From positions 102,706-166,705 of the forward strand of contig JAKMXF010000363.1 of assembly GCA_024704765.1 (NCBI GenBank): DNA of 64,000 nucleotides. The letters run 5' to 3'. This DNA comes from Oopsacas minuta. Lineage: Eukaryota; Animalia; Porifera. Within the stretch, counting starts at the first letter, position 1, and the number at the start of each line of letters is the position of its first letter. Under the pieces are notes generated by a model. The model was given only the letters and a program-made list of their open reading frames with translations. It ran no database searches and was not told the DNA's origin. Positions 25,331 through 39,574 of the stretch are shown here, one piece after another. Made by a program: the position numbers and the translations under genes.

Positions 25331-28319
25331 AAGTTTATTATTGAATTGTAATGTGAATTGTTTCATATATTCGGAGCATCACTTAGGGTCATTCTTCGGA
25401 ATTCTGTACATACCAAGTAGTATGTCTGTGTGTTTCATCACATCTCCTCGGAGATGCCTGGACCGTTGTTTTTGCAGGATACACTTTGGTCACCTATTAT
25501 GAATAAGGAGTATTTGAGAGATCGGATGATGTGATCAAAAGGTATGTGATTTTTTCAACACATCTTTCAATCAAATCAATGCATTATATTTGATATTAAG
25601 TTGGCCAATCATATTATACTTTGTATTTTTGCTGAATTACCGCGCATAACAACATACTAACCCATTCGGATTCAGTTTCTACAGGTTAATCACAATAGAT
25701 TGTAGCTGTAGAATATAATATCCGCCGCTGCGCTTCTAAACAAATTAGATTTGTTGTTGTACACGTGGTTACATACACCTTATAACACGTCCTGATATTG
25801 TTACTATCGTGGGGGTCCGCGATACAAAGGTAGTTCATTTAAATGAGGTATAATGAATGTTAGGGGAGGCTTCGGTATTTCAGCTTTCAATATCTATTTT
25901 CGGAGTAAGGCCCGAACCCTAAAAGTAATTTGGGGAGGGTAAATTATCAATTCTTTATACACTGAGATTTTCTCGTTCGCATAGTAATTGTGAACAAAAA
26001 TAATTTCGGAACAGTAAATGAGCTCAAGATTCTTCAACAAGTATATTTATTAATCAAGCGATTACTCATATATGGCCTATTATAGCTATAAGCGATTATC
26101 TTACTATTCACATATAAATGGGAAAAATACTGGAAGAATTTAGAAATCTTATTCCAATATGTAGGAGCTAATTTATTCCTGAAGATTTATGAAAAATAAA
26201 TTGCAAAAATTGGACAACTTCTAGGAATTTGAAGAATATTATATTATTTTAGATTTAATAATTTAAATTTGAATGAAGACAAAATGGAGCGCCGTTACTG
26301 GTGCGCGCTCCTCAAATATATGGGCGGCTCTCCAGTTTCGTTTCCTTATTTCACGAAAGAGCGACTCCAGCCTCCGCTCCTCAAAGTTTGAGCGTGGACC
26401 TGGAGCGCGTTCTTTTAATGCTCTGGATATATGGACCACCATACGTAGACTTTGTGTCTTATACTGCCAGTATTACGACACAGTGTCCGAACGTGAAGAT
26501 TATGAGAGGAAACAGATACTCTTGGGTTCAACTTAGCGATTGCAAAACTATTGCCAGAAGCAATACCAAAATTTCCACCTGTTCATTTCGACGAGAGGAG
26601 ATTCGTGCCAGAGGAAAGCCATTGTACAGAACGGATGGGTATACTAACATACTATCAAAAACGGAGGTGACTGATGATAAAAGAGGTAGAATACCCCTCA
26701 GTAGATAATATGGAAAGTGTTCCTTTAGCTGAACAGAAAGGGAAGCGTACATCCCTCGTACGAAAAGAGCCAATTAGAATCGGTGAATGATCGTAGTCCT
26801 TATGGGATTCGGTAATCTGAATACAAATTATAAGAGAATACATATACAGCGATGAAGGGTGGCATCAATAAAAATCCCTATCCAACATGTACCGATGAGC
26901 AGTACCATTAGTGATGTATAAATGCGCGAATCAAATTCTAATAGCCTTTTGTTTAACTAATTAGATGAAAAGTCAGGTCAACAACTCCCAGCAACTCAAA
27001 AAAACAATGCCCCTTTTCCTGACACACGTCCAAGGCGAGAAACAAGAAATACACCCTATTGTGTGCTATTGGGAAAGATTATAGGTGTTACCGATGATCG
27101 TAGTCTTCTCGAATAAAACTTATCTGAAATGGCCCTACCAATCACCATTTTGAGTCTATGCATGTGCTATAACTGGTATTCAGTTGTTTATAACGTAGAA
27201 CTAATTCCATTTTTCGTCTACTCACTTTGTTTATGACACTAATTAACTGGTGTATCAGGAATTAGAGAAAAATTGAGGCGTGGAGTCGAAGGTGATAGTA
27301 TGCCTGATAGACTTGAAGAATGGTCACTATACCAGAATTCCGGATCAATGTTTTTTGGAATGTCTTCTGAAATAGGAGATTCATCCCTATCAGATGATAC
27401 GGTATCATATAAAATGCTGGTTCAGTTTTCTTCTCTGTACGAGCATGTGATGATCTATCACTAAAGTTGTCTCTCTCGAAATTCTTCTCTTCAGAATCTC
27501 GGGTTTTTATGTATCTAATACACTTAATAAGCATTCGCGATTACTTTTCCTTACATTACAGAATGGGGTATGCCTTGGCCACCATTTAGGTTGTTTCTGG
27601 CTCCATAAATTTCGTTTTCTTACTAAACGAGTAAAATTGTAAACCCAGAGAATACGTAGTACAAATAATTGGGCAATTAAATACGTATTAGCAAACTTAC
27701 AGATTGCTGTGTTATCCATCCGACCATCCGCCGAAGTGTCGAGGTATTCAATCTCTGATAGTTTTTTGTAGATAATTCTGCAAAATCTCTATCAATTTCT
27801 TGTTTTGCTAATGGGCTTGCTTGGCTAGGTATGCCATATTTCGCTCTTATTTTTCCAGTACACTCCTTGAATGAATATCCCCCAATGACATTCATTTTTC
27901 CATTCCAGGTGAATGTTGCACCTATTGCCGCCAGTAACCTCAGTAGATACATCTAGAGCACTTTGAAGGTGTTGTCTAGCATTTGCTTTAGTGACTCGTG
28001 GCATTGATAAATTAGTATATAATTGGAGTGCGATTCGTAAGTTAGTAATTATTATTCCTGTGGATATTTTACTCGCATATATATATTATTGATCCCCTTC
28101 GATCATATCTAGATCTGTGTAAATTTATATGAACATGCTCTGTGAACTTTTGGTTACCTCGAATTTGAAGAAGGAATAAGACCTTAAATATTCAACATAG
28201 GAATAAGACCTAAAATAATTCTGAAGTGGTAATCCAAATAGTGTACAAATTGCTGATATTGCCCGCTAAGACCAATCTAGGCAGATAATCCAAAAAGGTC
28301 CTTTCCAAAACATTCTTAT

Positions 28320-29330
28320 TGACTGTGCAGGGGGACATATTATGTGGCAAAGGTTAATATATGGTGATAACGGGAATAATATTGTGTTTCGTTTTGGGAA
28401 ATATATAAAGTGCTACTGAGCAAAAAATGTTGCAATTGATACATAAAACGTGCTATCGAGGCATCTAATAAAAACGGTACATTTATGGTGTCATTGTGCA
28501 ATTATAGTGATAAAGGGACTTATAAAGTGTTTCGTTTTGTGAAATATATGGTGCTCTCGTAACATAAATGGTGCTATTAGGACATACGTATATGGTGATA
28601 TGGGGAATACTAAGTGCTATATGGACAAATGATGTTTTGGTGGACATTAATGTTGCTGTAATACATCTACGGTACATACGGGACATAAAGTGTCTCCATT
28701 GGGATGCCAAGGAGCTATTTGGACATATTAAATGCATTTTGGTAATATAAAGTGCAAATGGGACATATAAGGCGCAGTGTTGTTGCTAAAGTGACAATAT
28801 TTGCTGGCTGTGCTCATCAGGTGCTCCATGTAATTGAATATCAGGTGCTATTAGAACGAGTGGTCTGATTCTGTACAACAATATTACCGGAATCTGTCCT
28901 ACGACCAAACTGTTCGGGATCTGTGTTTGATTATACAAAACCACATTTTACATCCCTGTAAAAACTTTTCTGTCTCAAAAGCAAGAATTACTCCATCTAG
29001 AACCATTGTAATATATCCTCAAAGCAAACGATATGTCCAATTTCCCAATTGTTCCATATATGTCCCTAATGTACCCTGCATATCCCAAGAGCTCATTGCA
29101 TCTGCTAATTGCAACTTTTCGCATCTTTCTTTCTCAATACATCCAATATGTCCCAATAGCTTCTTATATGTCAAAATAGCAACTCTCCTCTTGAATAGCA
29201 AGAAATATTATTTATGTCATCTTCTATATAACAATGGGAGCTTATCTACCCCGATAGCAACTTTTCTACCACAATAACACGTAATATTTCAGCTGAACCT
29301 TAATTATGTCCAAACAGCATGTGATATTTC
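28320..29330. repeat. Inverted arrays of degenerate GGGACATAT / ATATGTCCC motifs (foldback-like)
   Basis: Left half rich in ggacatat and gtgcta; right half rich in atatgtcc and tagca(a)c; termini not resolved. Confidence 0.45.
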
Positions 29331-29569
29331 CGAATACAACCACAAATGTCATAAACGCTGCGTATCTTGTTACATGTAACAAGGTAATATATATAATGCA
29401 ACAATGTTATGTTGCGTTTTCATGCAACATTGCATCGTGTATGGTAGGCTTTATAAATACATAGATCACAGCAAACGCTCCATGCTTTTATACATGACAT
29501 AATATAGGCAGGGACTATAATCTGTCCTAGCCTAGAAAGTCATAGACCCCAACCTATTACTTTCCATAT

Positions 29570-30002
29570 CAGAGCTGCAAATGGGTCATACAAAGTGACC
29601 CATGACCCACATGACCCATCGAAGAAGTGACCCATGACTCATCGATGATCTCGTAACCCATCTTGACCCATAAACCTTTGAAACACAACACAGTTTAACA
29701 CTAAGAGATTCATGTTCCTTGGAGTAGAATAACTAGAAGTGTGTTGAAAATCAATTGCAATTCAATTTTCTGCATTATTTAATTCTTGACAATAATATTA
29801 ACGTGACAAAACATAAATGTCGATAATACTGGTACATTTTAGACAATAATGTGTAGCAAATCGCATATAACTTCGTTGTATTTTTCCAAATACACTAAAT
29901 GCATGTAGGTACTGGTGGGTCATGACCCATCAAGCATGACCCATGACCCATCGACCCATCTGGCCCATTGACTCATGGGTCAATGACACATTTGCAGCTC
30001 TG
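29570..30002. mobile_element. hAT MITE (433 bp) with TGACCCA subterminal repeats
   Basis: TIRs cagagctgcaaatg / catttgcagctctg; perfect 8-bp TSD ttccatat. Confidence 0.95.
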
Positions 30003-30449
30003 TTCCATATGCAGCTGGTCATCGCATTGTTTATACGGTTGATTACAAAATTTAGACAAGTATAGATATTAGTTCAATGAAAAGATGACATTAACATAAG
30101 ATTGAGTAGTGAATTAAAATATATTTGTAAAATTTTCTCCTCGAATAAATACAAAACATTTATTTGAGCCAAAACGCATATTCTGTCCTAGGGCATATTA
30201 TACACTCGTGTAAGAAGTTGGATAGCTCGGAATATACAGGGCATAATCCACACACCCCAAGTGCCCAGCAGAAAGCAGGATTGCCCAGTATCTGTAGCTA
30301 AAGCTTGTATTACGGTATTTTAACAATTGGAATTATTCATTGAAAATATTTTATTTCATTGTATAGTACAAATATTGCCTTACAATTTATGCCCTCTTTC
30401 TGCGCCACTCTGATTCACAGTCTGTGAATATAGTCTTTTGGCCAATATC

Positions 30450-32250
30450 TGTATTTATATAGCTCTGGAACCAATTGACTCCACCAAACATGAGGCAACA
30501 TATATTTTGCTGCACTAGTTGCTAAGGTGGTGTCAAAAGCACCTTTAGCAGTTTATATTGCTCAAAATGATCTAGAATAGAAAATTTGATCATCAACATA
30601 AGGAAAAATGTGAGCAAGTACTATCTGCAACTCTTCAAACAATTCAGGTGAGGCTACGTTCAATTCACACCGAAATTCTGGATCGAAGGCATAAGCTGCT
30701 GCGTGTGCAGATGAATGAAAGTACATCCATCTATCTATGATGATATCGAGGTTGTCTCTCTTCTTCTGAATTGTAATATAGAAGTAATCAGCATTGCTTC
30801 TATTTTTCTCATCAATTCACACATTCTTCCATATAGTTTTGCCATTAAAGGGCCACCATTATCTGTGATGCGGAGGACAGATAAGGGTGGCCCTTTAATG
30901 TCAAAACTATATATATTGGTTCTAGATAATTCAATTTTCCTCGAGATTACTCCAATGTTTGTCATCCCTGACCATAATTTTGATAATTTTTTACTTGTCT
31001 TTACAAGAATAGTCTGAGATTTTATATTAACACCGAATTCGGATCTACTAATGACAGAACAATTACTGACTGAATGTCTGAAGCTCTTTCCATCATTAGA
31101 TATCTTGTTGTAAAACGGGTTCCTCCAGATTTTTGGATTCATGATGCTGAAAGATATTCATTTGTTCATTATATTTTCTGAAAAGAGACAAATAAATCGT
31201 GGTCCCCAAAAACGTTACAACTGTTTAGTCTTTGTTATGACCGTTTTAACCCAGGCCATTTTATTCCAGTTTTCCTCTTTTCTTTGCACTAATACTGCAG
31301 CATTAAGTTGAGGGAATGAGCTGCACAGATTGTTAAAATAACTTTGGGAATCTACTACTGAATATCTTCATTGCGTCCATGCAGCTGGATGCTCCATCCA
31401 GGCACACGTGAACGATGTCTTTTTCTCCCACTTCCAAAATACTTTGTTCAATAAATCTAGCGATAAATAGCCCAGTTTTTCGGTGCCCTTATGTGTTACA
31501 TGCCTTTTTAAAGATAGTACCAGACGTCGTTTCCAGCAAATAATTGGCAATTGGCTCACTCTTGCAATTTTCCACCCATCACTGACTAGTTTAGCACCAA
31601 AGCTGTCAATAGCAGGTTGCATCCTCGATGATATTCATCTGGAATCAGTTTTTGCACATCATCTAAGAGAGCCACTGATATTGTATTTGACTCGGTGGTA
31701 CATATCCTCCAGAATTTTACAAAGAGATATACAAGACAACATTTCCTTAAACGCTAGCTGTACAACAATTGAGAGTGGTAATCCAAGTTCATTAATGGAC
31801 CTAGCTACTATGAAATCAGTTTGGTGCTTGTGTCCCTCCTAAAATGCATATCTAGAGGCCCAGTCACAGTTACCAGATTGATTTATGTCAATTTATCTTG
31901 CTTCCTTCTTCTTTTCGTCTCCTCTATTTTCTCAGGAACTTCTTTCAGTTCTTGGAAAGGTTCAATGCTGTGTTGTGCTGGAAGGTAAGATTTAATTCCA
32001 GAGAAATTAAGTATATGTGCTCTTATCCGACACACCACACCGACACCTTTTTTCCCACAATTACAACACTTCCACTTGGGATTTTTTAACTGGGTGATCT
32101 GATAATATGTCAACACTACTACTCCAATGACTCTTTTCTTCTATGTTTTCGATTTTGGTTTGGATCACGACTCGATAGATCTTGGACTAACCGGTTCAAT
32201 CTCTTCATTAGACAATAAAATTAGGTCTTCGTCTGTATCTGACATGATGA
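30450..32250 (-). pseudogene. Decayed hAT transposase, DUF659-type with BED-like finger
   Basis: WKCCNC finger; VSDGWKN..EPI.N...TTSGTIF.KA; HVCLDGASSC; TICAAHSLNLML; PLSVLRITD.GGPLMAKLYG.M. Confidence 0.8.
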
Positions 32251-32503
32251 AAAAATAATCGCTATTTACAATTCACAAATAATATCGAAAATTAAATAAT
32301 CATAAATTATGGCAAATGGGCTAAATTTGAAAAAATTGAATTTCCAATAGGGGAGATAATTACACGGTCTATGAATCAGTTAATTGATAATTTGAGTTGA
32401 TAAGTTAATAGGCAACACGATTATAGTTATGTATCAATTGATGGAAGTACCAATAAAAGAATAGACTATAATATGAGGAAGCTATAAATCTATGTGGATT
32501 AAC

Positions 32504-32935
32504 CAGTGCTGCCAAGTGAATTCAGAAAAATTTACGGAGATTGACCGGAAAATTTATGTATAAACCAAATTTTTACGGAGCATTTTCAAATCCCTTAATA
32601 GCCCCCAACAGGTCTTAATCTGCTTTTTACAAATGCCATTAGCTAACAACTTGAAATTAATAATCATTATAAATGTAGATACATGGGCGCTTTCGCGTTT
32701 GTAAACTATAAACTATAATCACTATCAGCATGCAACAAACTATCAAAGTACTATTTTATATGGTTGTACTACTCTGAGAAATAACTCGTACGTCTCGTAC
32801 AAGATGTTAACAAAAATTATTACACGTACATATAATTCGCTAGAAATAGGTAGAAATAAGTCTTCACACGTAGATACGTAGATAGCAGTCACATTTACAT
32901 AGTCTACGTAAATTTACGGAGACTTGGCAGCACTG
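32504..32935. mobile_element. hAT MITE (432 bp), Tip100-like ends
   Basis: TIRs cagtgctgccaag / cttggcagcactg; 8-bp TSD ggattaac / cgattaac (7/8 match). Confidence 0.9.
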
Positions 32936-33619
32936 CGATTAACCGATCACTGATGAGTGTTATGCTCTTAATGAATAGGAACACTAAAGTTTTCTACTCC
33001 GTTTTAACCAATTGCCGCTCCAAAAACGAGATTTGAGCACCTTTTGAAGTCATAAAAATCACACATTCTCCCGGCAGTATTCGGTAATGAACGGACACAA
33101 CTAAATACAAGCTTGATAAATATTTTTGCTTGATTACTCCAAAATATTTAATTATACATTTATACAGTGGAGCCACCCAAAACGTACACTCCGAGAAACG
33201 GACAACCACAACCCCTTTACAATGGACAAACCTCCTCGAAACAGAATCAAATTGCCGTAATTCACACTCAACAATTTGATTGATTCAACTCATATAATGC
33301 CTTCCAAAGCAAAACATAAAAAACGTATAATACATACTTATGATACGCATTACGTCATCCAAACATGTATTGAGGCATTTCTTGAATATTCGGAAGTCTT
33401 TAGGCTACATAGAAGAGATCATCCTAATAGAAGTTACTTCCAAAAATATTTGGGTTAAACGTATATTACATATCATACGTAATACGTCCTCATTGAAAGT
33501 CGTATTTAACAACTTTACACTTGTGTATAATTTTCCATTCGGGCGTAAAAGTTCATAATGGGACAAAAGGCTGGGACTTTGACATCATGAAACAACAATG
33601 AGTCATTAAGGAACTTTAA

Positions 33620-34980
33620 GGCCACACCCTTCTCTTTAGGTAACCTGTGGCACTAAGCTGTCATGCAGCGACCTAGCAAGCGAAGCGCGCAAGTTGAATT
33701 ATATTTGTTATTTCTTAATTTTCTTCGTGACATTTTGAGCATACCAGCAACCAAAACATGGGGTTTTTTGCTTTTTGGGGGATAATGAATCTTTCATCAC
33801 TCTCATAAGCATGGATGGGCCCAAATATGCATCTTTCCGCATCACAACATATTCTGTAGCTTATGAAATGTGTTTGTAATTTCTTGAACTTTTAGTGACT
33901 TTTAGTTTATCGCAAGCAGCAAAACTTGTTTTTGAGTAATATGGAATTTCTTTAATCTGCCAGTTACAGTCATGACCATTGCTATGCCTAAATGCAAACT
34001 GTTTTACTCATCAATTGTACAATAATTATATTGCTCTAAGATTTTAATTAATGACCGTGTTTTGCTTTGTATTTTATATCCATTGCCCAAACTTGTTTTC
34101 TGTGCTTTTTAGAACGTTAGGAATCCATCAACAACGCACATGTCCATTTATGTCTTATGATTGAGTGCCAATTATAACATATTCTAAGCCTATTGAAATT
34201 TTATATCGTGTTTTCTTGATTATGACTGTCACATTTCAAATTATTGACTCAACCAAAACATGTTTCTGTGTTTTTTGTAACATTTCGAATCTTCCGGTCG
34301 CCCACACTATCACTGATGGTCCTAACTATAATTTGTCCTATTCTAATTATTTGATATATACTCATACGTAGCGATTTGATTCTAGACAAAATTTTCAAAA
34401 TGGCCCCAAGGCCCCGACTGTTGCATCAACGTATGATGTAGAAATATCAATGTGTTCTAAACTGTTTTATGTAGTTAAGATTGTTTATATACTTTGTCAG
34501 AGCTCGATTCTTTATTTCGCAATCGCCAACCCATAAATCTGCCCACTATTTCTCCAACACCACAGAAATACTCCATCCGTGGTTTAGGAGGTATGAACAC
34601 CACCAAGATATGTATTCTGTGCTTTTTGGAATATTTGAATGTGTCAGTCACTCACATATCCATGGATGGGCCTCAATATGTTTGTTTACGTATCAAAAAT
34701 ATTTTCTGTGAGTCTTGAGATCTAGTTATATTTTCCTGAATTTATCGGTGCTCTTTGGATTTTCTTTAATCTGTCTATCATTCACATGACAATGTGCATG
34801 AATGTTAAAGTTTCCGAATCATAATATTTAGTAATGCTCTGGTAATATTATTCTATTTCAAAATGTTTTCATTACTTTTTCTTTTGTAGCCACCACCAAG
34901 ACTTGTATGTGTATTTTTTTGAATTCTTGGGATCGGTCTGTCCTCACACAACCACTGATCGGCCAAATTTTCATGTGTCC
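33620..34980. repeat. Degenerate multi-copy subrepeat (accaa(a/g)acatg...ttctgtg...gatgggcc) element
   Basis: At least 4-5 diverged copies of the motif block; gcaagcgaagcgcgc near the start. Confidence 0.4.
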
Positions 34981-37900
34981 GATTCTATATTGATTGTGAA
35001 CTAATAATTACAGTGCCGTAGTCACCGATCCGGTTGTTCCGGTTTCAACCTGACTACTTTTGCCTGCAGTTTCCTAAATCTCACAATCTGTCAGGTTGTA
35101 TAGTTCAACCTGGCCATTTGTTCAGGTTATATTCAGCGCCGTCGGAAGGAAAACATTATTACCGCAGCTCGCTGCTTATTGATAATATTATCAAAAGTAA
35201 GGTTTACCCACCCATAAGGGAATTGTAGATACTTAGTAGTTTACATAGTTCTCCAGCTAAGGGGTCTACCCTCATGTATTAGGCTGATCACTCGGCGTTT
35301 GAAAACATTGGAACGCCCACAAAGATGGAAATTTAGCCATTTCCTGGCCGATTCTTAGAAGGGATAGTGAATATACATTGGTACACCAATTTTAGAATCC
35401 TTCCACTCGCTCCAAAGTAACCTATTATTGTGATAACATTGGGGTCTTGTTCTATGAGCCTGGGTAGCCGTAGACCCAAAAATCATAATTTTGGATATAC
35501 CCGTCAAGATATATGTAATGTTTCATCATGGTCCAGGCCTTTATCAATATTTAGTTAAATATCTTGTTTCTTTGAAATTATGATTTTCAAAATATATAAT
35601 TTTTCGTAGAAACAAGCCTAAGATATGCGAAAATTTAGGGCGCTTTCAGTTATATTCAAATCAAATTTAGTTGCATTCCCCGAGAAATGTTGCAAGAATT
35701 GAATATTTTGAATACGAAAAAATATCCAGCGCTTATATCATTGATGTTGACATTGATTAATCAATAATGAATTTCAAGGCAAATAATTAAAAATACAGAA
35801 TATTCGGTCTATGCAAGAATCTTTCACAAATCATAAACATTAATCAAGTGCAAGATATTATTGCTTTGGAAATTCATGCCGCGGCCATCGTGGCATTTCT
35901 GATGCCCCTGTATTATATAGCTTTATCTGACCACTTGGTCTTGTTTTGCTGTATCCAACAGGACCACTTGTATTTTCATGGCTACAGCCCTGAATTAACA
36001 ATTACATTCTAGAAATTGCAATATTCTCACAATAGCCCTAGTATATATATATTATTTGGTTAAATACATATATTTAGGCCTATCGGTGTTCATGTGTGTA
36101 GCTCACCAGCTCAAAAATCCAAAAAGGACTAAATATATGTTCTTGTGGTGACCATAAAATACACTACCACACACACATTCTAGAAGTTCCAATATTTTGC
36201 AATAAGGCTTAAGCTAAGTTATGATTCAGGAACATTATAGTTAGGCCCATCAGTGTTCATGAGAAAGACTTACCCTTTTTAATATATGAAAAAGAACTAG
36301 CCATTTTTTTTGTTTTCTCAAAACAAATGTAACAAATACATCCTAGAAATTCTTAAGTTAATAGTCTCACGACCATCACCAAATCTTGTGTCCCATGTTT
36401 TTTGAGATACTTTGTTTCAGTCATGTCCCCAAACTACTATACTGCTTAGATACAAATATGTCCGAATCAAAATATATACTCACCCTATTCTAATATTGTG
36501 ATTTCTATAAGATTTTTTGATTTTTTTGTTTCTTTCGGCCAGATAATAATCATGCCTATGTCTGGAAGATCAATAGCCCAATTCCTTTTCTTACATTATT
36601 GCGGACAACTTACTCAGTTCACTAGAATGATGACTAGATATTGTACCTCATCTTCTTTGTTGATTTGAATTTTAATTATACTTAATTTAATTTCTGTATA
36701 TATGCTAATATGTTCTATTTCTATCTACATTCTTTGAGGCCTATTATGAACTCTCTTATCCTGAGTCACGTCGGATTCCTGATAAATGTTTCCTTCGACA
36801 TTCGTAATCAATCTTTTCGCTTATTATTTTGTATATATTTTATCAATTAGATTGTAACACTCTCTTTGGGTTCTTGGTTCACAATAATCTACCCCTTACT
36901 GTACTGTTTTTGTTTTTACTTGATAATTTTGCTCTCCAATTTTTGTTGCTCTTTCCTTTATATTCTACACTTTCTACTATTTCTGTGTTTTTGATTGGAT
37001 GCATGTTGAATGCTCGAGTCCAGGAGAAAGACAATTAAGTGGGTTAAGTTTTTAACATTCATGAGAGTTGTATGCTTCTCTCCAGAATATTTCGCTTCAT
37101 AGTGCGCAATTATATTAGCTAATGGATCTAGTGTTGAAATCACAATTGACTCAACAATTATTGGATCTTGTATTTATTTACTTAAATTACTCTCGCCCTG
37201 GAAGCACTTGTGGATTTGATTGATATTTCATTCAAATCGGAATCAAATCAATTGAAATCGAAATCAAATACTTCCAATTCAAATCTATCCAAATCACATC
37301 CAAATAATATTGAGAGAATTTATTGAGATGCGTACTTAGTTAGATATGATTTAATATAATACTATGTAGATAATACGTGCATAACGTGTAATAATCTAAA
37401 AGACGTATTACACAACAGTAGATATAATAGTATATATTACTGTATTGTACAGATAATTATTCACCGTTAATACGAGCACCAGTCACCAAATTTTCAAAAT
37501 TATTTGACTCAAATATTTAATCAAATCCGAATCAAATTAATAATAATAGTCAATCAAATTCCGGATAAATAAAATCTACAACTCTGTCTGGAAGCCGAAA
37601 ATGTGCATCCTATCTAGGCATTAGACGATCCTCAATTATAGGATCTAGATCCCATCCCGATCATAGATGAAATTATGATCTGCGTTCCCGGTGCCGATCT
37701 TAAATTCTAAAAGGATGTCTGATCCGATCACGATCCAATTTGAGATCCTCTTATAATCTAATTGATCATCCATATTTTTAAATACAGGTGAATATTTTCA
37801 ATGCTATAGCTGGATGTTTTGATTATAAGTTATGAAAAAATAATCTATTTATCTATTCATACATGCGCGGTGTGTCATTTCTAAAAGTGCTACCATGTAT

Positions 37901-39404
37901 TATTTTATATTTAAACAGAGTTGGCTAGTTTAACCCCTCCCATGGTTTAAACCGGGGTACACCCCTATTTAGTGGGTTAAACCCTATTTGATGGTCAAAA
38001 CTGGTTATTACACTATGCTAAACCTAATTTAATTGGAAAAACTATCTAAACTGTGTTTGAGACTCTAATTTCGGATTTCCAGACTATAATTTGATTAAAT
38101 GGTAAACACAATAAATGTTCTAAGTCTTCATTAATAAAGATCTGAAATCGTACAATTGATTTCTGCATTCGAATCCTATGTAAAACATTCAGTTCTTGGT
38201 CACTCATGATGAATTTTAGAATCAAAGATGCAGTAATTCATGTATCTGACGGAATTCTGAAGATTCGTGCAACCATGATTTGTTCAGTCAACTCCCAACA
38301 CGACAATTAGTCAACAATTCATAATTGAGATTCATAAATATTTGGATTCTTTAATTCGGCAATATGTCATCCTTTTGATTGATTTGGATGTTTACATTAT
38401 GTATAATGAGTAAAGAACCTGTGATATTTTTTAGATTCCTAATATACACCTCTGTAAAAATTAGTTTTACAAGTGGTTTCCTGATCAATGTAAATTTATT
38501 GGCAAAACAACATCTGGTACAATCTCATTATAAGTTTTCACACTTAAGTATCACAGAGTAAGTGTTTCTCTGAGTGGCGTAGAGAAGTTCATATATGGGG
38601 GATACATTTGGTAGATTTAGAGAAACAATTCACTGGCTGGCTCTTCAACGAGGATTATGTAAAGTAATACTATACAGACAAGGGTTTTTGAAATTATGTG
38701 CAAAATTATAGTCTTCCTTTTTGTTAGGAATGTAATACTTCTACCGTAGTTGGTTATTATCGAGGAATATTGAATATTTGCTGTGTCGTGAGGCAGTCAT
38801 TTGCGGATTTTTTGGGCCGCATTTATTGCGTAGCCACCGTAAAGAGTTCCGGCCGTGCCGTCTTAATTTTCAACCTGAGAGAACTTCACCCTCTCGATAG
38901 ATGGAAATTGCTTCCCATGATCAATATTAATTAATGGTACCTCCTACTGAGAGCTAATTTATTCAACAAATACTGGTTAAATGCATATAACGAAATGTAG
39001 AAATTTTCTGACGTTTGTAGCAAAAATCCTTATTTAGTGCCAAAATTTGGTGAAATTAATTCAAATGATATATGGATAGTATCTTGGTGCCAAAAGCTGG
39101 TAAAACACCGGTATTCCGCCGGCATTTTACCAGTTTTTGAATATTCATTCTCTCAATGGACACAATTGCATTGACAAATTCTCCAAAGACATTTAGAATG
39201 AAATCGGGATAAGGGCGATTTTTCGCAGTAAACGGGCTAATTGGGACTATTTTTTGAATTTGTCTGGAAAATTTCCATAATTGTATTCTTAATTTGTTAG
39301 GATTTTATTCGAAAGTTATTGTTGAAAGCATATTGGAGATTTCGTCTCTGCTATCCTTATTAACCGAATACAGCCTGGAAATTGTATCATTTATGACGTC
39401 AATA

Positions 39405-39574
39405 ATTTAACCCAAATTTTGAAGTTCTCAAGGATTTCTAAGTAATTCAGTATTAACCTTCAAAACAAAATGGCTACGCAAATTTTTATCACATATTCAA
39501 ATTTGCTTCGTCATTTTGAAGGTTAATATTGAATGACTTCGAAATTCTTGAGAACTTCAAAAATTGGGCTAAAT
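39405..39574. repeat. Inverted repeat (~60-bp arms), MITE core
   Basis: atttaacccaaattttgaagttctcaag...ttaaccttcaaaa versus its reverse complement. Confidence 0.75.

Noticed and set aside
37200-38060. aatcaaatc, gatcc(c)gatc and ggtttaaacc motif clusters resembling hAT subterminal repeats
   Set aside because: No paired TIRs or TSD could be fixed.
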